NCBI GenBank assembly: GCA_965200245.1
Contig: CBDATS010000004.1
Span: 352,001 to 416,000 of the forward strand
Length of the DNA stretch: 64,000 nt
Source of the DNA: a bacterium
GTDB taxonomy: Bacteria > UBA8248
Direction of reading: 5' to 3'
Numbering within the stretch: position 1 is the stretch's first letter; every line of letters starts with the position of its first letter. The translations under genes and the position numbers were made by a program. Below are positions 11,759 to 21,274 of this stretch, piece after piece. The notes under the pieces are model-generated. The model was not told the DNA's origin, did not search any database, and was given only the letters and a program-made list of their open reading frames with translations.

Positions 11759-12808
11759 GTGATGACGCTGAGAATGGGTGTGTGGGCGCCGGTGTGGGGC
11801 ACGTTTCTGGGACGGGTCGAAAAACCTGATACGGTAAAGGAGGCCTCTTTCGCGCACAATGCGCGCTACATTCAGCGCGCGGAAGAACTGGGCTTTGAGA
11901 GCACCTTGTTGCTCGACAGAAGCCTCAACAGCATCAAGGGTGTGGGCGCACCGGTTCTCGAAGCCTGGATCACGGCGGCGGCACTGGCATCTATCACAGA
12001 GAAAATCGAACTCATTGTCGCTGCCAAAAGTGCCTACCGACACCCCTCCCTCGTGGCCCAGATGGGAGCGAACATCGATTGCATCAGCGGGGGGCGTTTC
12101 GCTATCAACATCGTATCGGGCTGGTGGGGTCAGGAAAACGAAATGGCAGGCATCCCCTTCCCGCCACACGACGAGCGCTACGATCTATCCGAAGAGGTCA
12201 TGCACATCCTTAAATCATACTGGACGAAAGAGCTCTTCAGTTTCAAAGGCAAGTACTTCCAGATAAAAGATGGAGTCACCGCGCCAAAACCCATCCGAAA
12301 ACCCTGGCCCACGTTTTACTTCGGGGGTGAATCGACTGCCGCAGTCAAGCTTGCGGGCAAGGCCGCGGATGTTTTCCTGTTCAACGGCCGACCGCTTGCA
12401 GACGCGAAAGCACTGATGACTGCAGTAAACCAGAAGGCACGAGCCAACGACAGAACCATACGCCACGGGATGAGTTCGTTCATCGTTTGCCGCGACACAG
12501 ATGAAGAAGCCCAGACTGAACTTTCCCACCTTTTTTCGCTCATCACTGATACGCCCAAACTCAAGGGTGTCGACAAAGCTGCCCAGCACAAAAAAACGAG
12601 CGCGAAAGGAGGCGGCGTGGGTTCGAACGGCGGCACGACGACGGGTCTCGTCGGCTCGCCGCAGACAATCGCCAAACGCATCATGGCGTTTCACGAGGTG
12701 GGGGTGGAACTGTTCCTCCTCCAGTTTCACCCCATGTTCGAGGAGATGGAGCGCTTCGCCTCCCAGGTGATGCCGCTTTTACCTCTGGGCAAAGCGGTGA
12801 ATGTCTAG
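11759..12808 (+). CDS. Luciferase-like (LLM) flavin-dependent monooxygenase, SsuD/SfnG-like
   Basis: AEELGF, LEAW..AAALA..T..IELIVA, GGRFAINIVSGW, YFGGES and GLVGSPQTIA motifs. Confidence 0.85.
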   Translation: MMTLRMGVWAPVWGTFLGRVEKPDTVKEASFAHNARYIQRAEELGFESTLLLDRSLNSIKGVGAPVLEAWITAAALASITEKIELIVAAKSAYRHPSLVAQMGANIDCISGGRFAINIVSGWWGQENEMAGIPFPPHDERYDLSEEVMHILKSYWTKELFSFKGKYFQIKDGVTAPKPIRKPWPTFYFGGESTAAVKLAGKAADVFLFNGRPLADAKALMTAVNQKARANDRTIRHGMSSFIVCRDTDEEAQTELSHLFSLITDTPKLKGVDKAAQHKKTSAKGGGVGSNGGTTTGLVGSPQTIAKRIMAFHEVGVELFLLQFHPMFEEMERFASQVMPLLPLGKAVNV

Positions 12809-12814
12809 TCCCGC

Positions 12815-13279
12815 TCACTCCAGGGATACGCGCGCGCCCGGCCCGAAGCCATTTCTGAGAAACCAGCCCTGGTTCACCTCCAGCACCCAGCGAGCCTTGC
12901 TTCTTGAGCGATAGAAGGGAATCCGCTTGCCGGGTTCGTGTGGTTGTAAGTGTACGATTTCCAATATCTCTCCGGTCTTATCGATGAAGGCGAGCGAAAG
13001 CGGAATCAGCGTGTTCTTCATCCAGAAATCCCGCTGCGCGTCTCCTTTGTAGACAAAAAGCATCCCGGCGTTTTCGGCCAACCGCTCCCGACCCATGAGC
13101 CCTTGCGCGCGAGTGAGGGCGTTGGTGGCAACCTCCACCGAAAGCGCGGCCTCGCGATCGTCCTGAGTGATACGTACTATCCCTCTCTCGAAGGTCTGGG
13201 CATCAGGAGACGAAAGTGTAACCAGCACGCAAACGAGAAACGCGAGGCAGATCAAGCCAGCCCTTAAAATTGGTTGCAC
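12815..13279 (-). CDS. DUF192 family exported protein
   Basis: VEVA....RAQGLM.R, GMLF, FWMKNTLIPLSLAFID and VLEVNQG motifs; start codon uncertain. Confidence 0.9.
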   Translation of the reverse strand: MQPILRAGLICLAFLVCVLVTLSSPDAQTFERGIVRITQDDREAALSVEVATNALTRAQGLMGRERLAENAGMLFVYKGDAQRDFWMKNTLIPLSLAFIDKTGEILEIVHLQPHEPGKRIPFYRSRSKARWVLEVNQGWFLRNGFGPGARVSLE

Positions 13280-13856
13280 ATATAACCTTATATAGAGCGG
13301 TTGCTTAAACGGACGAGCGAAGAGCGGCCAAGCAGGGGCTACAGCGAAGAATGGTCTACGGCCGTGCATTTTTCCGGACTGTCCGCTTTAGTTGGGCGAT
13401 GGCTTTTTCAAACTCTCGCTGTTCAACATAGTTGTCAAAGTTAAGGAGATGTAGCCCCGCCATTGCCCACCCTTCTGGGCATTTTTAGCAGAGTCGCGCG
13501 ATCATTTTGTGGAACAGGGGTCGTAGTTTAGCTTTCGGTTTGGGAATTCACTCCAGCATCACGTGAATTGCAATATTGCTCGATCAGTTCCGATAGTCCT
13601 GTTGCAACAAAGATTCATTGTTCTTTTCGATCTCTGACATATTGACTGGGAAAGTGAGCGATTTAGGCATCCCAGAACAGCACAATGTGTCCTTGCTCGG
13701 GTCTCTGAATCCATCAATGATTATGTCCCCATTAGAGATTTGCGATCGGCACTTTTCTTTGTCTTCTCCCATCTGGATATGTCAGGAAGCCGCTTAAGCT
13801 AACAAAGGCAAATCCACCAAGAGACATCAGCTTCATAAGCGCACGAAGCGCAAAAG

Positions 13857-14120
13857 CTAACGGTACGTGTCCTTCTCCCGTCGAACGATCTTATCCACGA
13901 AGCGGTTCTCATCGTCAATGAAATAGATGATCCTCCAAGGATCAACACGCATCCGATCAGGTTCTTTGTCCCAAAGTTTGATGACTCCTGCGGGACGTGG
14001 ATTTTGTGTCAGTGAAGAGATGTGTTTGTCTATTCGCTTATAGTCTACGTGGGGGAAGCGATCAAGATCACGTTTGGCGCGGGAAATTATCCGGATATCG
14101 TAGTCAGGATTCTGTTCCAA
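13857..14120 (-). CDS. RelE/ParE-family toxin
   Basis: AKRDL, NPRPAGVIKL, RMRVDPWRIIYFIDD and terminal TYR; overlaps the upstream gene. Confidence 0.8.
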   Translation of the reverse strand: MEQNPDYDIRIISRAKRDLDRFPHVDYKRIDKHISSLTQNPRPAGVIKLWDKEPDRMRVDPWRIIYFIDDENRFVDKIVRREKDTYR

Positions 14121-14457
14121 GACGCCTTGCTCGGTACTCATTATAAGAAATGGTGTCCTCTACACCTGTATCCGCATACTCTCCCTGCAATCTCCGGGCT
14201 GTGGCCAAGTCTTCCATTAATTCTTCATATTCCCCGGGGGAAAGTATCTCTTCAGCTAACACAGGCGAAGGGGGAGGTACCACGATTTCTGGGATATGTT
14301 CGGAAGCAAATATCCACTGAGAACTCATCCAGCTTTCCATATTTGCACTAGAGGTTTGGCTAATCATCTGTGATTCTCCCCAGAGTTGTCTCTTCTGAAT
14401 CCAATCAATATTGACTGGTGCGGGCAAATTTCTGTACTCAGAATCTTCTGATGTCAT
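14104..14457 (-). CDS. Putative antitoxin for the RelE toxin
   Basis: Acidic C-terminus LSPGEYEELMEDL...ISYNEYRARRLG typical of RelB/Phd-type tails; directly upstream of and overlapping relE. Confidence 0.55.
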   Translation of the reverse strand: MTSEDSEYRNLPAPVNIDWIQKRQLWGESQMISQTSSANMESWMSSQWIFASEHIPEIVVPPPSPVLAEEILSPGEYEELMEDLATARRLQGEYADTGVEDTISYNEYRARRLGTES

Positions 14458-14482
14458 TTTACCGTCACCTGATGCCTCTTCT

Positions 14483-14704
14483 CTACCAAGAGTCGAAGCC
14501 GTGGAAGAAGTTCAAGCTTGGATTGTCAGCTACAGACTCGCAATATAGTTCAGCGTCGATGGATTGAACGACATACCCATCCCCGTAAGGAGAGTCCAAA
14601 ATACGATTAATCATGATCTGCCCTTCCGGGGAAGATTTCCGTCGGTGAACCTCTTCAAAAGCATCCTCAAATTTTTCAAAATATAAAGACGCTAAAATTT
14701 CCAT
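14483..14704 (-). CDS. Small acidic hypothetical protein upstream of the TA pair
   Basis: 73-aa ORF with a GGGGG RBS-like element, co-oriented with the TA pair. Confidence 0.5.
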   Translation of the reverse strand: MEILASLYFEKFEDAFEEVHRRKSSPEGQIMINRILDSPYGDGYVVQSIDAELYCESVADNPSLNFFHGFDSW

Positions 14705-14763
14705 GTTTTTCCCCCTGTTCTACATGGCTGATTAGACTGCCAAATTTTTAATAAGACCCCATC

Positions 14764-14996
14764 TTACTTTCCTTTACGATACCATCTGGATTTGGTTGAC
14801 ATACATGCAATCTCGCTCCTTACTTTAAGGTGAAAGACTCTTAAGCTCTGGTCCTTCCGCCTTTCAAACCGCCAGCGCGTGCAAAACCATTCACTGACAC
14901 GCTCTCAATATCATGCTCGCGCTCGCCAGCCGCAATGTCCACGATAAACTTGGTGAGTTGATTGCCATCACGTGGTCTTTTGGGCTTTTTTGTCAT
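14764..14996 (-). pseudogene. Small basic 'histone H1/RNA-binding'-type ORF of IS1-like elements, two frameshifts
   Basis: MTKKPKRPRDGNQLTKFIVDIAAGE...ARAGGLKGGRTRA; removing two extra T gives KSLSPKVRSEIA...SRW...*. Not in the ORF track. Confidence 0.65.
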
Positions 14997-15055
14997 AGCC
15001 ATGCAATAATGCCATAGACATTACATAATCAACCATGTTTGGTTTTGCTCTTAGA

Positions 15056-15077
15056 TTTTCAAACTGATCCACTACCC
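15056..15077 (-). mobile_element. Terminal-repeat-like end of an IS1-family cargo element
   Basis: TTTCAAACTGATCCACTACCC (GGGTAGTGGATCAGTTTGAAA on minus) about 60 bp upstream of the small basic ORF; partner end not found. Confidence 0.5.
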
Positions 15078-15194
15078 AGCATTTACAGGACTTGACCTGC
15101 GTGTCTCGCGCATTGGGTTGCGTTCAGGGGGGAAATAGAAGGTATGATTGGTCAGATTTGGAATTTGACCGATATTTATCAAGAAGAGATAAGC

Positions 15195-16661
15195 ATGACA
15201 AAACGCTATGAGTGGCAACGAATTGAAAATTACGAGAAATATCCTGAAGAACTACAGCGAAACAGGTTGCGCGCATTATCAAGTATTTGGGAAGAACAAC
15301 GTAGCTATCTCGAGAATCTTGAAGCCGTGAACAGATTTAACGAGAAATTAAAACGGGAATGGGCGATTGAAACGGGACTCATTGAGAATATTTATACTAT
15401 TGCTCGAGGAATTACCAATTTGATGATCCAGCAAGGTATTAATGCAGCATTGATTCCGCATGGATCTGTCCAGAATCCCGAGAAAATAGTTTCGATGATA
15501 AAGGATCACGAGGCTGCGATTGATAGCGTTTTCTCCTATGTGCAAGGAAATCGAAAACTGTCGACAAGCTATATAAAGGAACTCCACGCCACGCTTACTC
15601 AGAATCAGGACACGGTCGAAGCGGTGGATAAGTTCGGAAAACGAGTGGAGGTGCCTTTGATTAAAGGGGATTACAAAAAAAATCCCAACAACCCGCAGCG
15701 CTCGAACGGGCCGATTCACGAATATTGTCCACCTGAACATGTCGCTTCCGAGATGGACCGACTCATCGAGATGCACCTTACCCATGAGAATGTAGCGCCC
15801 GAAGTCGAAGCCGCGTGGCTTCACCATCGCTTTACACAAATTCACCCGTTTCAAGACGGGAATGGACGAGTCGCCCGCGCGTTGGCTACGCTGGTTTTCG
15901 TTCGGGCGGGCTGGTTTCCACCTGTCGTAAAAAATGACGAGCGCACTGAATATCTCGATGCTCTGGAATCGGCGGATACTGGAGACCTTTCGGTACTTGT
16001 TGAATTTTTCTCCAGGCTTCAGGAAAGTGCATTCGTCAAGGCTATCGGAATTTCAGATCAAGTGATTCGATCAAATCGCGCCGAGAAAGTAGTCGCCGAG
16101 ACGAAAAAGGAACTACAGCGCCGACGCGATGTTCTTCGCAAGGAGTGGGATACCGCGAAACAAAGTGCCGACAGGCTGAGACAAACTGCAAAAGATCGAT
16201 TCAGTGAAATCTCGCAATCCTTAATGTCTGAAATGGACGGATTGTTGGAAAATCCTTCATTTTACTGCGACGCTGAATCAGATCAGGGTCAAAGAAGTCA
16301 TTACTACCGCATGCAGATAGTGGAAACAGCCAAGGCTCTGGATTACTTTGCCAATCCGCGATTATATAGAGCTTGGGCTCGCTTGGTCATGCGCACGAAC
16401 AATCAAACCGGGATCATCATTATCGCATTCCATGGTATCGGCCCTGAGTTCAGGGGTGTTCTCGCTTCTTCCGCTATATATCTTCAAAAAGCGGACACCG
16501 ATGACGAGGGGGAGCGACAAACCGCAACGATTCCGATCTCAAAGGAGGTTTTTCAGATCAACTACAGAGAACCTCTGGAGGAAATCGAGGAGCGATTCTT
16601 GGTTTGGTTGGAGGAAAGCGTTATTCGTGGCCTTGAACAATGGCAATCGGCCATTCTGTAA
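15195..16661 (+). CDS. Fic family protein with long C-terminal extension
   Basis: Intact HPFQDGNGRVAR motif; N-terminal AIETGLIE inhibitory-helix-like motif. Confidence 0.92.
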   Translation: MTKRYEWQRIENYEKYPEELQRNRLRALSSIWEEQRSYLENLEAVNRFNEKLKREWAIETGLIENIYTIARGITNLMIQQGINAALIPHGSVQNPEKIVSMIKDHEAAIDSVFSYVQGNRKLSTSYIKELHATLTQNQDTVEAVDKFGKRVEVPLIKGDYKKNPNNPQRSNGPIHEYCPPEHVASEMDRLIEMHLTHENVAPEVEAAWLHHRFTQIHPFQDGNGRVARALATLVFVRAGWFPPVVKNDERTEYLDALESADTGDLSVLVEFFSRLQESAFVKAIGISDQVIRSNRAEKVVAETKKELQRRRDVLRKEWDTAKQSADRLRQTAKDRFSEISQSLMSEMDGLLENPSFYCDAESDQGQRSHYYRMQIVETAKALDYFANPRLYRAWARLVMRTNNQTGIIIIAFHGIGPEFRGVLASSAIYLQKADTDDEGERQTATIPISKEVFQINYREPLEEIEERFLVWLEESVIRGLEQWQSAIL

Positions 16662-16679
16662 CGAGTCGTTGATTTATCG

Positions 16680-17027
16680 ATTCGCGGTTATGCACTTACT
16701 GAACCTCACCCAATCTGTTGTGCCTAGTCTATCCCATAGCTAGCCACAAGATGTTGAATCCCAATGACAGAAAGGGGTGATGCCAATACCATCCTCGTCG
16801 AATCTGAAGGTATCACGAGATATGGACTTTCCTACTCCGGCATCGAATCGACTTAGTTCCCCATTCCGCCCCTCGTCGAACAAACAGCCATCGTAGAATA
16901 CCTTGACAAAGCAACCACCCACATCGACACTGCCACTGTGAGTGTGCGCAATGAGATGGAGTTGTTACGCGAATACCACACCCGCATGATATCAGGTGTG
17001 GTAACAGGCAATGTGGATATACTGTAG
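16680..17027 (+). pseudogene. hsdS: Type I restriction-modification specificity subunit (HsdS), 3' remnant
   Basis: EGITRYGLSYSGIEST*FPIPPLVEQTAIVEYLDKATTHIDTA...ELLREYHTRMISGVVTGNVDIL*, the HsdS C-terminal conserved helix. Not in the ORF track; left boundary approximate. Confidence 0.8.
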
Positions 17028-17032
17028 AAAAG

Positions 17033-17490
17033 ATGCTGATGACCAACGCTGAATTCGCATTGATTATCGAAGCTAAGTCAAAGCGTATCGAAAGCGACAT
17101 AAGCTGAAGTGCCGATGAGGACATTCCCCGGCGGTTGAGTCCCGGGCGGATATCGCCTCGGATGCGGGATGGCCGCTGGCTATTCGTGGCAGGTACAATC
17201 CGTTTGCGGAGACGTTGAGTTATGCACTCATTCTGAGAACGGAAGGGCGTATTTACGGACTCGATATGGAGCAGGACCATCACAACCCCGATTGCAATCA
17301 AGTTGGAGAAAAACACAAGCATCGCTGGAACGAGATATTCCGGGATAAGGAAGCCTACGCTCCGAACGACATTACCGCACCAGTTTCCAAGCCCGTCGCC
17401 GTCTGGGAAGAATTCTGCCAAGAGGCAGGCATCGAACACAATGGTGCCCTGAAACATCCGCCTTCTTGGCAGGAGGAGCTGTTTCAATGA
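17033..17490 (+). pseudogene. DUF6978-like His-rich protein (TGA at 17105 plus a 1-nt deletion near 17122)
   Basis: MLMTNAEF...KRIESDIS*SADED(H)SPAVE...GWPL...RIYGLDMEQDHHNPDCNQVGEKHKHRW...KEAYAP; stop overlaps the next ATG (ATGA). Confidence 0.65.
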
Positions 17491-18267
17491 GCAAAGACAA
17501 ACTCCGTGAGGTATTACACAGCACGATGGGGGAGCTCTTCTCTTGTACGGATCATGGTAAATACCAGCGGATTCGCACTCCGTATTTGTATCCCGATGGG
17601 GACAATATCGATCTGTTCTGTGACTCAAGGGACGACGTGATTACTGTTACAGACCTTGCAGAAACTACGGGTTGGCTACGGATGCAATCGATCTCTCCAC
17701 GTCGGTCTCAGAAGCAAAAAGCACTCATCGAAGATACCTGTCTCACGCACGGCGTTGAGTTCTATCGAGGTATGATTCAGGCCCGGTGTAAGCCGGGCGA
17801 TGAATTGGCGTCGGTCGTCACACGCGTGGCACAAGCGGCGTTACGGGTATCGGATTTATGGTTCACGTTTCGAACCCGCTCAATCGAGTTGATTACGGAC
17901 GAAGTGGCAAGCCACCTGGAGGAATACAAACTGGAGTTTACCCGCTCTGAGAATCTGGCAGGCCGTTCCGGGCGCGACTGGACGGTGGACTTTCGTGTAC
18001 GTACCCCCTGCGCGTAGTTCGCTGGTACATGTCCTGACAACAGCGAATCGGGCGGCAGCGCGTAAGGTTACAGAGCATGTGGTGGCAGTATGGTATGACC
18101 TGAATCACCTGACTGCAGGTCCTGAAGCCCTGCATTTTGTATCCCTGTTCAACGACAGCGTCGATGTCTGGGCGGATGAAGACTTCCGCCTGCTGGAGTC
18201 ATTGTCCACAATCTCTCTGTGGTCGAGGCCAGACGAGTTCATAAAGGTGTTGTCGAAAGCTGCTTGA
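17487..18267 (+). pseudogene. DUF1828(/DUF1829)-like protein, +1 frameshift in the C run near 18005
   Basis: RIRTPYLYPDGDNIDLF...VTDLAET N-terminal domain; GRSGRDWTVDF nuclease-fold-like motif; continues as ORF 17995-18267. Confidence 0.75.
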
Positions 18268-18591
18268 TACCCACTGATATTTTCGAGGCCGGTCCAAAGC
18301 GCCGTATTTGTGAAATTCTTACGGGTTCATCATGCGGCGATGGCAGAAAGCACGGCACATCGGCGCACACTGATCCTGCTGGCAAGTCATTTGGTCGACG
18401 ACGATCTCACAGAACTTCGCACACTGCTCCGCCGCGAGGTCGAGGAAGTCGTTTCGCCTAAAGTTCCCCTACCCTGACCAATGAGATCGAAACGAAACCG
18501 ATCCGTAATCTGGGCGCCAGCCCAGAGCATATGTTCAAGGCATCCCGCGTTCTTGAGGGTTCCTCTGGAGCCCTTAACATTGTGGACTCTT

Positions 18592-18798
18592 TTAGTTTAT
18601 CAGGAACATCGGATATGCCTCTCTGGTGCTATCGCTTATGCAGGAGGCAGCCTCACCCACGATCTCCAACACCTTGAAAATGGCATTCTGGTGCAGATCG
18701 CTCTGATCGAATTGCGTATATGTTAAATCGTGCGCAAACATGACAGCTTTTCGTGCCGCGACGAGCATATCCAGTAGATATGAGTCATCCTGTCGCAT
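18592..18798 (-). pseudogene. HepT/DUF86 HEPN toxin, truncated before the RxxxxH motif
   Basis: MRQDDSYLLDML.AA...LHQNAIFKVLEIVGEAA...EAYP, then unrelated sequence. Confidence 0.8.
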
Positions 18799-19147
18799 AG
18801 ATTACCTCGGCCGACCCCAGAATCTCCTTGCGCCGAATGTAGTTTGGGCTTCGTTCCACAGCTGAGCGGGTTAGAACGTCGACAGGCCTCCCAAACAACT
18901 GTGACAACTCCGTTGCCATGCTGACAAATCGAATTCCTGGCAGACTGCCTGTTTCGAACTCAATCAATACGTCAATATCACTATCTTCATGAAAGTCCCC
19001 ACGTAGCACGGAGCCGAACAGAGCCAACTCGGTGATATACCAACGTTTACAGAACGCTGCGACCGCATCCGGCGACGTGGCGATGCGGGCGTTTAACAGT
19101 CCCTCGTTTCCAGAATTATCAGCAGTGGTCTCTAGTGGCTCCATCAT
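18785..19147 (-). CDS. MntA-type minimal nucleotidyltransferase antitoxin
   Basis: LALFGSVLRGDFHEDSDIDVLIEF and LFGRPVDVLT; overlaps the HEPN gene start. Confidence 0.9.
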   Translation of the reverse strand: MMEPLETTADNSGNEGLLNARIATSPDAVAAFCKRWYITELALFGSVLRGDFHEDSDIDVLIEFETGSLPGIRFVSMATELSQLFGRPVDVLTRSAVERSPNYIRRKEILGSAEVIYATG

Positions 19148-20023
19148 CGTGTTCACTCCACAATTTTCAAGTTCTCCATGCCCACGGCTCTGAACGCTAC
19201 CGGTCATGAACACCTGTTTCGAATTGCAACGACACATTTGTATGATATTCCTCGACCAGAACGATATCAATATTGAATCTGGCCCGTTGGTGTAGAACAC
19301 TCCGTTGCATGGGTCTGAAACCCCTCAGTTTCTCCATCCGCTGCGAATGAAGACAAGCACTGGAATCCAAATTGGATTGTCTGCCCCTACAAGTGAGGTG
19401 TGCCCGCCGCAGCCACCGGGGAGCTAGAATCATCTTATATCGAACACTGAAATGTTGGCATCAAAAAGGGAAAGAGAAAAACCCACGGCTCGGAAGTGGA
19501 CAAACCTAGTGAGGTTGTCGCCTGAAGGAACAGCTTGAGCGTGTGTTGATATCCTCAAAAATTCGAACCTGCCCGCAGAGAGGGATGCAGCAGTGAGAAA
19601 ATAGGCTGGAGAAGCTAAAAACAGAAATAAAGGATGGATCCGAATATCTGGAAGGGTCTTCGGAAGTCTCGTCATTTTATTCGCTTTCTCGTCAGAGGAT
19701 ATGAGTCACAAGAGTGGCTGGCACCCCGGGTTTTCGAAACTCACCCGGATCACCTTCGTCCTCTGCCTCTTCTACCCCAAAAAGGTGCTGCAAGGCCCAC
19801 GCTACCGAGCCCTGAGTAAACAACCGCACTTATTAATTGGTAGGTAGTGCTGTTCACCGAAATGCTACGGCGCCGATCTTCTGGAACATGTCCGTTTCGT
19901 TTCCCATCCCGGGCCTGCCACCCGAAGTCTAGAATCGGCTTGCAGAAAGAATTCAACCAAGTGCCACGCAATGTTCGAATCCTTTGAAACCACCGTTGAA
20001 AAGCCAGACCAAATTGTCGTTTA

Positions 20024-20205
20024 CAAGGAGAAACAGAGACCGGGGCGATCTCAAATATCAAGATAGCAGCCCGGGAATACCTGAGGGCCGTGGAATATCT
20101 ACTCGGTGGTGGAGAGGTTCGGGCAATCGAGGTGGCGATCCAACTGTGCCGAACATCGCGGGAATCAATCATCTACATGCGATGCGAGCCTTGGAAAAAG
20201 TTTAG
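20024..20205 (+). pseudogene. HicB 3' remnant followed by HicA 5' remnant
   Basis: QGETETGAISNIKIAAREYLRAVE...VRAIEVAI (HicB-like), then GTG at 20146 giving MPNIAGINHLHAMRALEKV* (HicA-like start). Confidence 0.65.
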
Positions 20206-20518
20206 TATTTATCTTCCCACCAACAGTATCTGGAGAAATTCAAGGCTTTGCTGTCAACAAATAGCGATACGCAATAGGACAGGTGGATTCAGGGCAAGGC
20301 CTCACTTCGGTCGCCGTCATATCCCCCGCGCCCAATTCAGAAAAACGTACAATGTCCATTGAATCGACATGTGAGGAGTTGGCACACCCACGATTGGTTC
20401 GAAGCCTGTCTGGCGTGGTCGCGAAGCACGCGGTTGATCTCCCGCACACTATTCACCCCAAAATCGTCTCTACTGCTGGGTCAGCCACTTTTCGGCGCAG
20501 TGTGCGAGAAGAGTTTCG

Positions 20519-20695
20519 CTAGAAAAGTTTTATTGCGGCGATAATCAAGCCTGCGGCTGATAAAGTGGCCGTGAATAACCATGCCTTCAAGCTTGACGTG
20601 CTAACTTCAATATCCGCCTTCGTGGCCATTTGCTTTTCGATAGATTCCATTTTGGCCTCCAGTCTAGCTATGCGCTTTTCATGATCGTTGGTCAT
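20519..20695 (-). CDS. 58-aa coiled-coil protein with ATKAD motif and C-terminal membrane helix (DUF1640/CCDC90-like)
   Basis: MTNDHEKRIARLEAKMESIEKQMATKADIEVSTSSLKAWLFTATLSAAGLIIAAIKLF*; absent from the ORF track (shorter than any ORF listed). Confidence 0.65.
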   Translation of the reverse strand: MTNDHEKRIARLEAKMESIEKQMATKADIEVSTSSLKAWLFTATLSAAGLIIAAIKLF

Positions 20696-21274
20696 GAAAA
20701 ACCCTATCCCGTGGACTCAGCACCCGTCAATAAAGTCTTGGAGCTTGTACGGTATTATGGCTAGGCTTTGTCTTCAAATCTCGGCTAGCGAGTCATTATT
20801 TCTACCCGAAAATCTTGGGTTCCCATTAACCATTACAATTCTAAGCCGCTTTTTGGTATCCTTTCTTAGTGGCTTTAGAACTCCTCCTTTCGCTGGTTCG
20901 GTCCTTTGACATCCAAAATATTTCCACTGCTTCATCTACCTTATTTTCGTGGGAATTGTATGCATGATTAGACAAGATAACTCGATCGGCAAACTATTGA
21001 AAGGAAAATTGTCGAGAGCAAAGTCCACAGAAAGTCGTCTTTGAGCTTGTAGATAAGCATCATGAAATGGTTTTGGATGTGCCTCTCTGGTGTTATCGCT
21101 TATGCGGGAGGCAGCCTAACTCACGATCTCCAACACATTGAAAATGGCATTCTGGTGAAGATCGCTCTGATCGGATTGCGCAACGGAGTGTTCTCGAAGC
21201 GAATCGGACCTTTTTCCCGGCTATCGCGCAGGGGCTGTTCTGCTCGGTGATATTGGAGGGGTGCCAGGTTGGGA

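Larger units (their letters stand above)
18611..21180. repeat. 106-bp imperfect direct repeat (18611-18716 and 21075-21180)
   Basis: Manual alignment gives about 8 mismatches in 106 bp; both copies encode the middle of a HEPN gene on the minus strand. Confidence 0.9.

Noticed and set aside
13350-13780. Decayed minus-strand gene fragment beside DUF192, and a similar one at 21621-21800
   Set aside because: They look protein-like but are interrupted and I cannot assign a family, so they are not listed as features.
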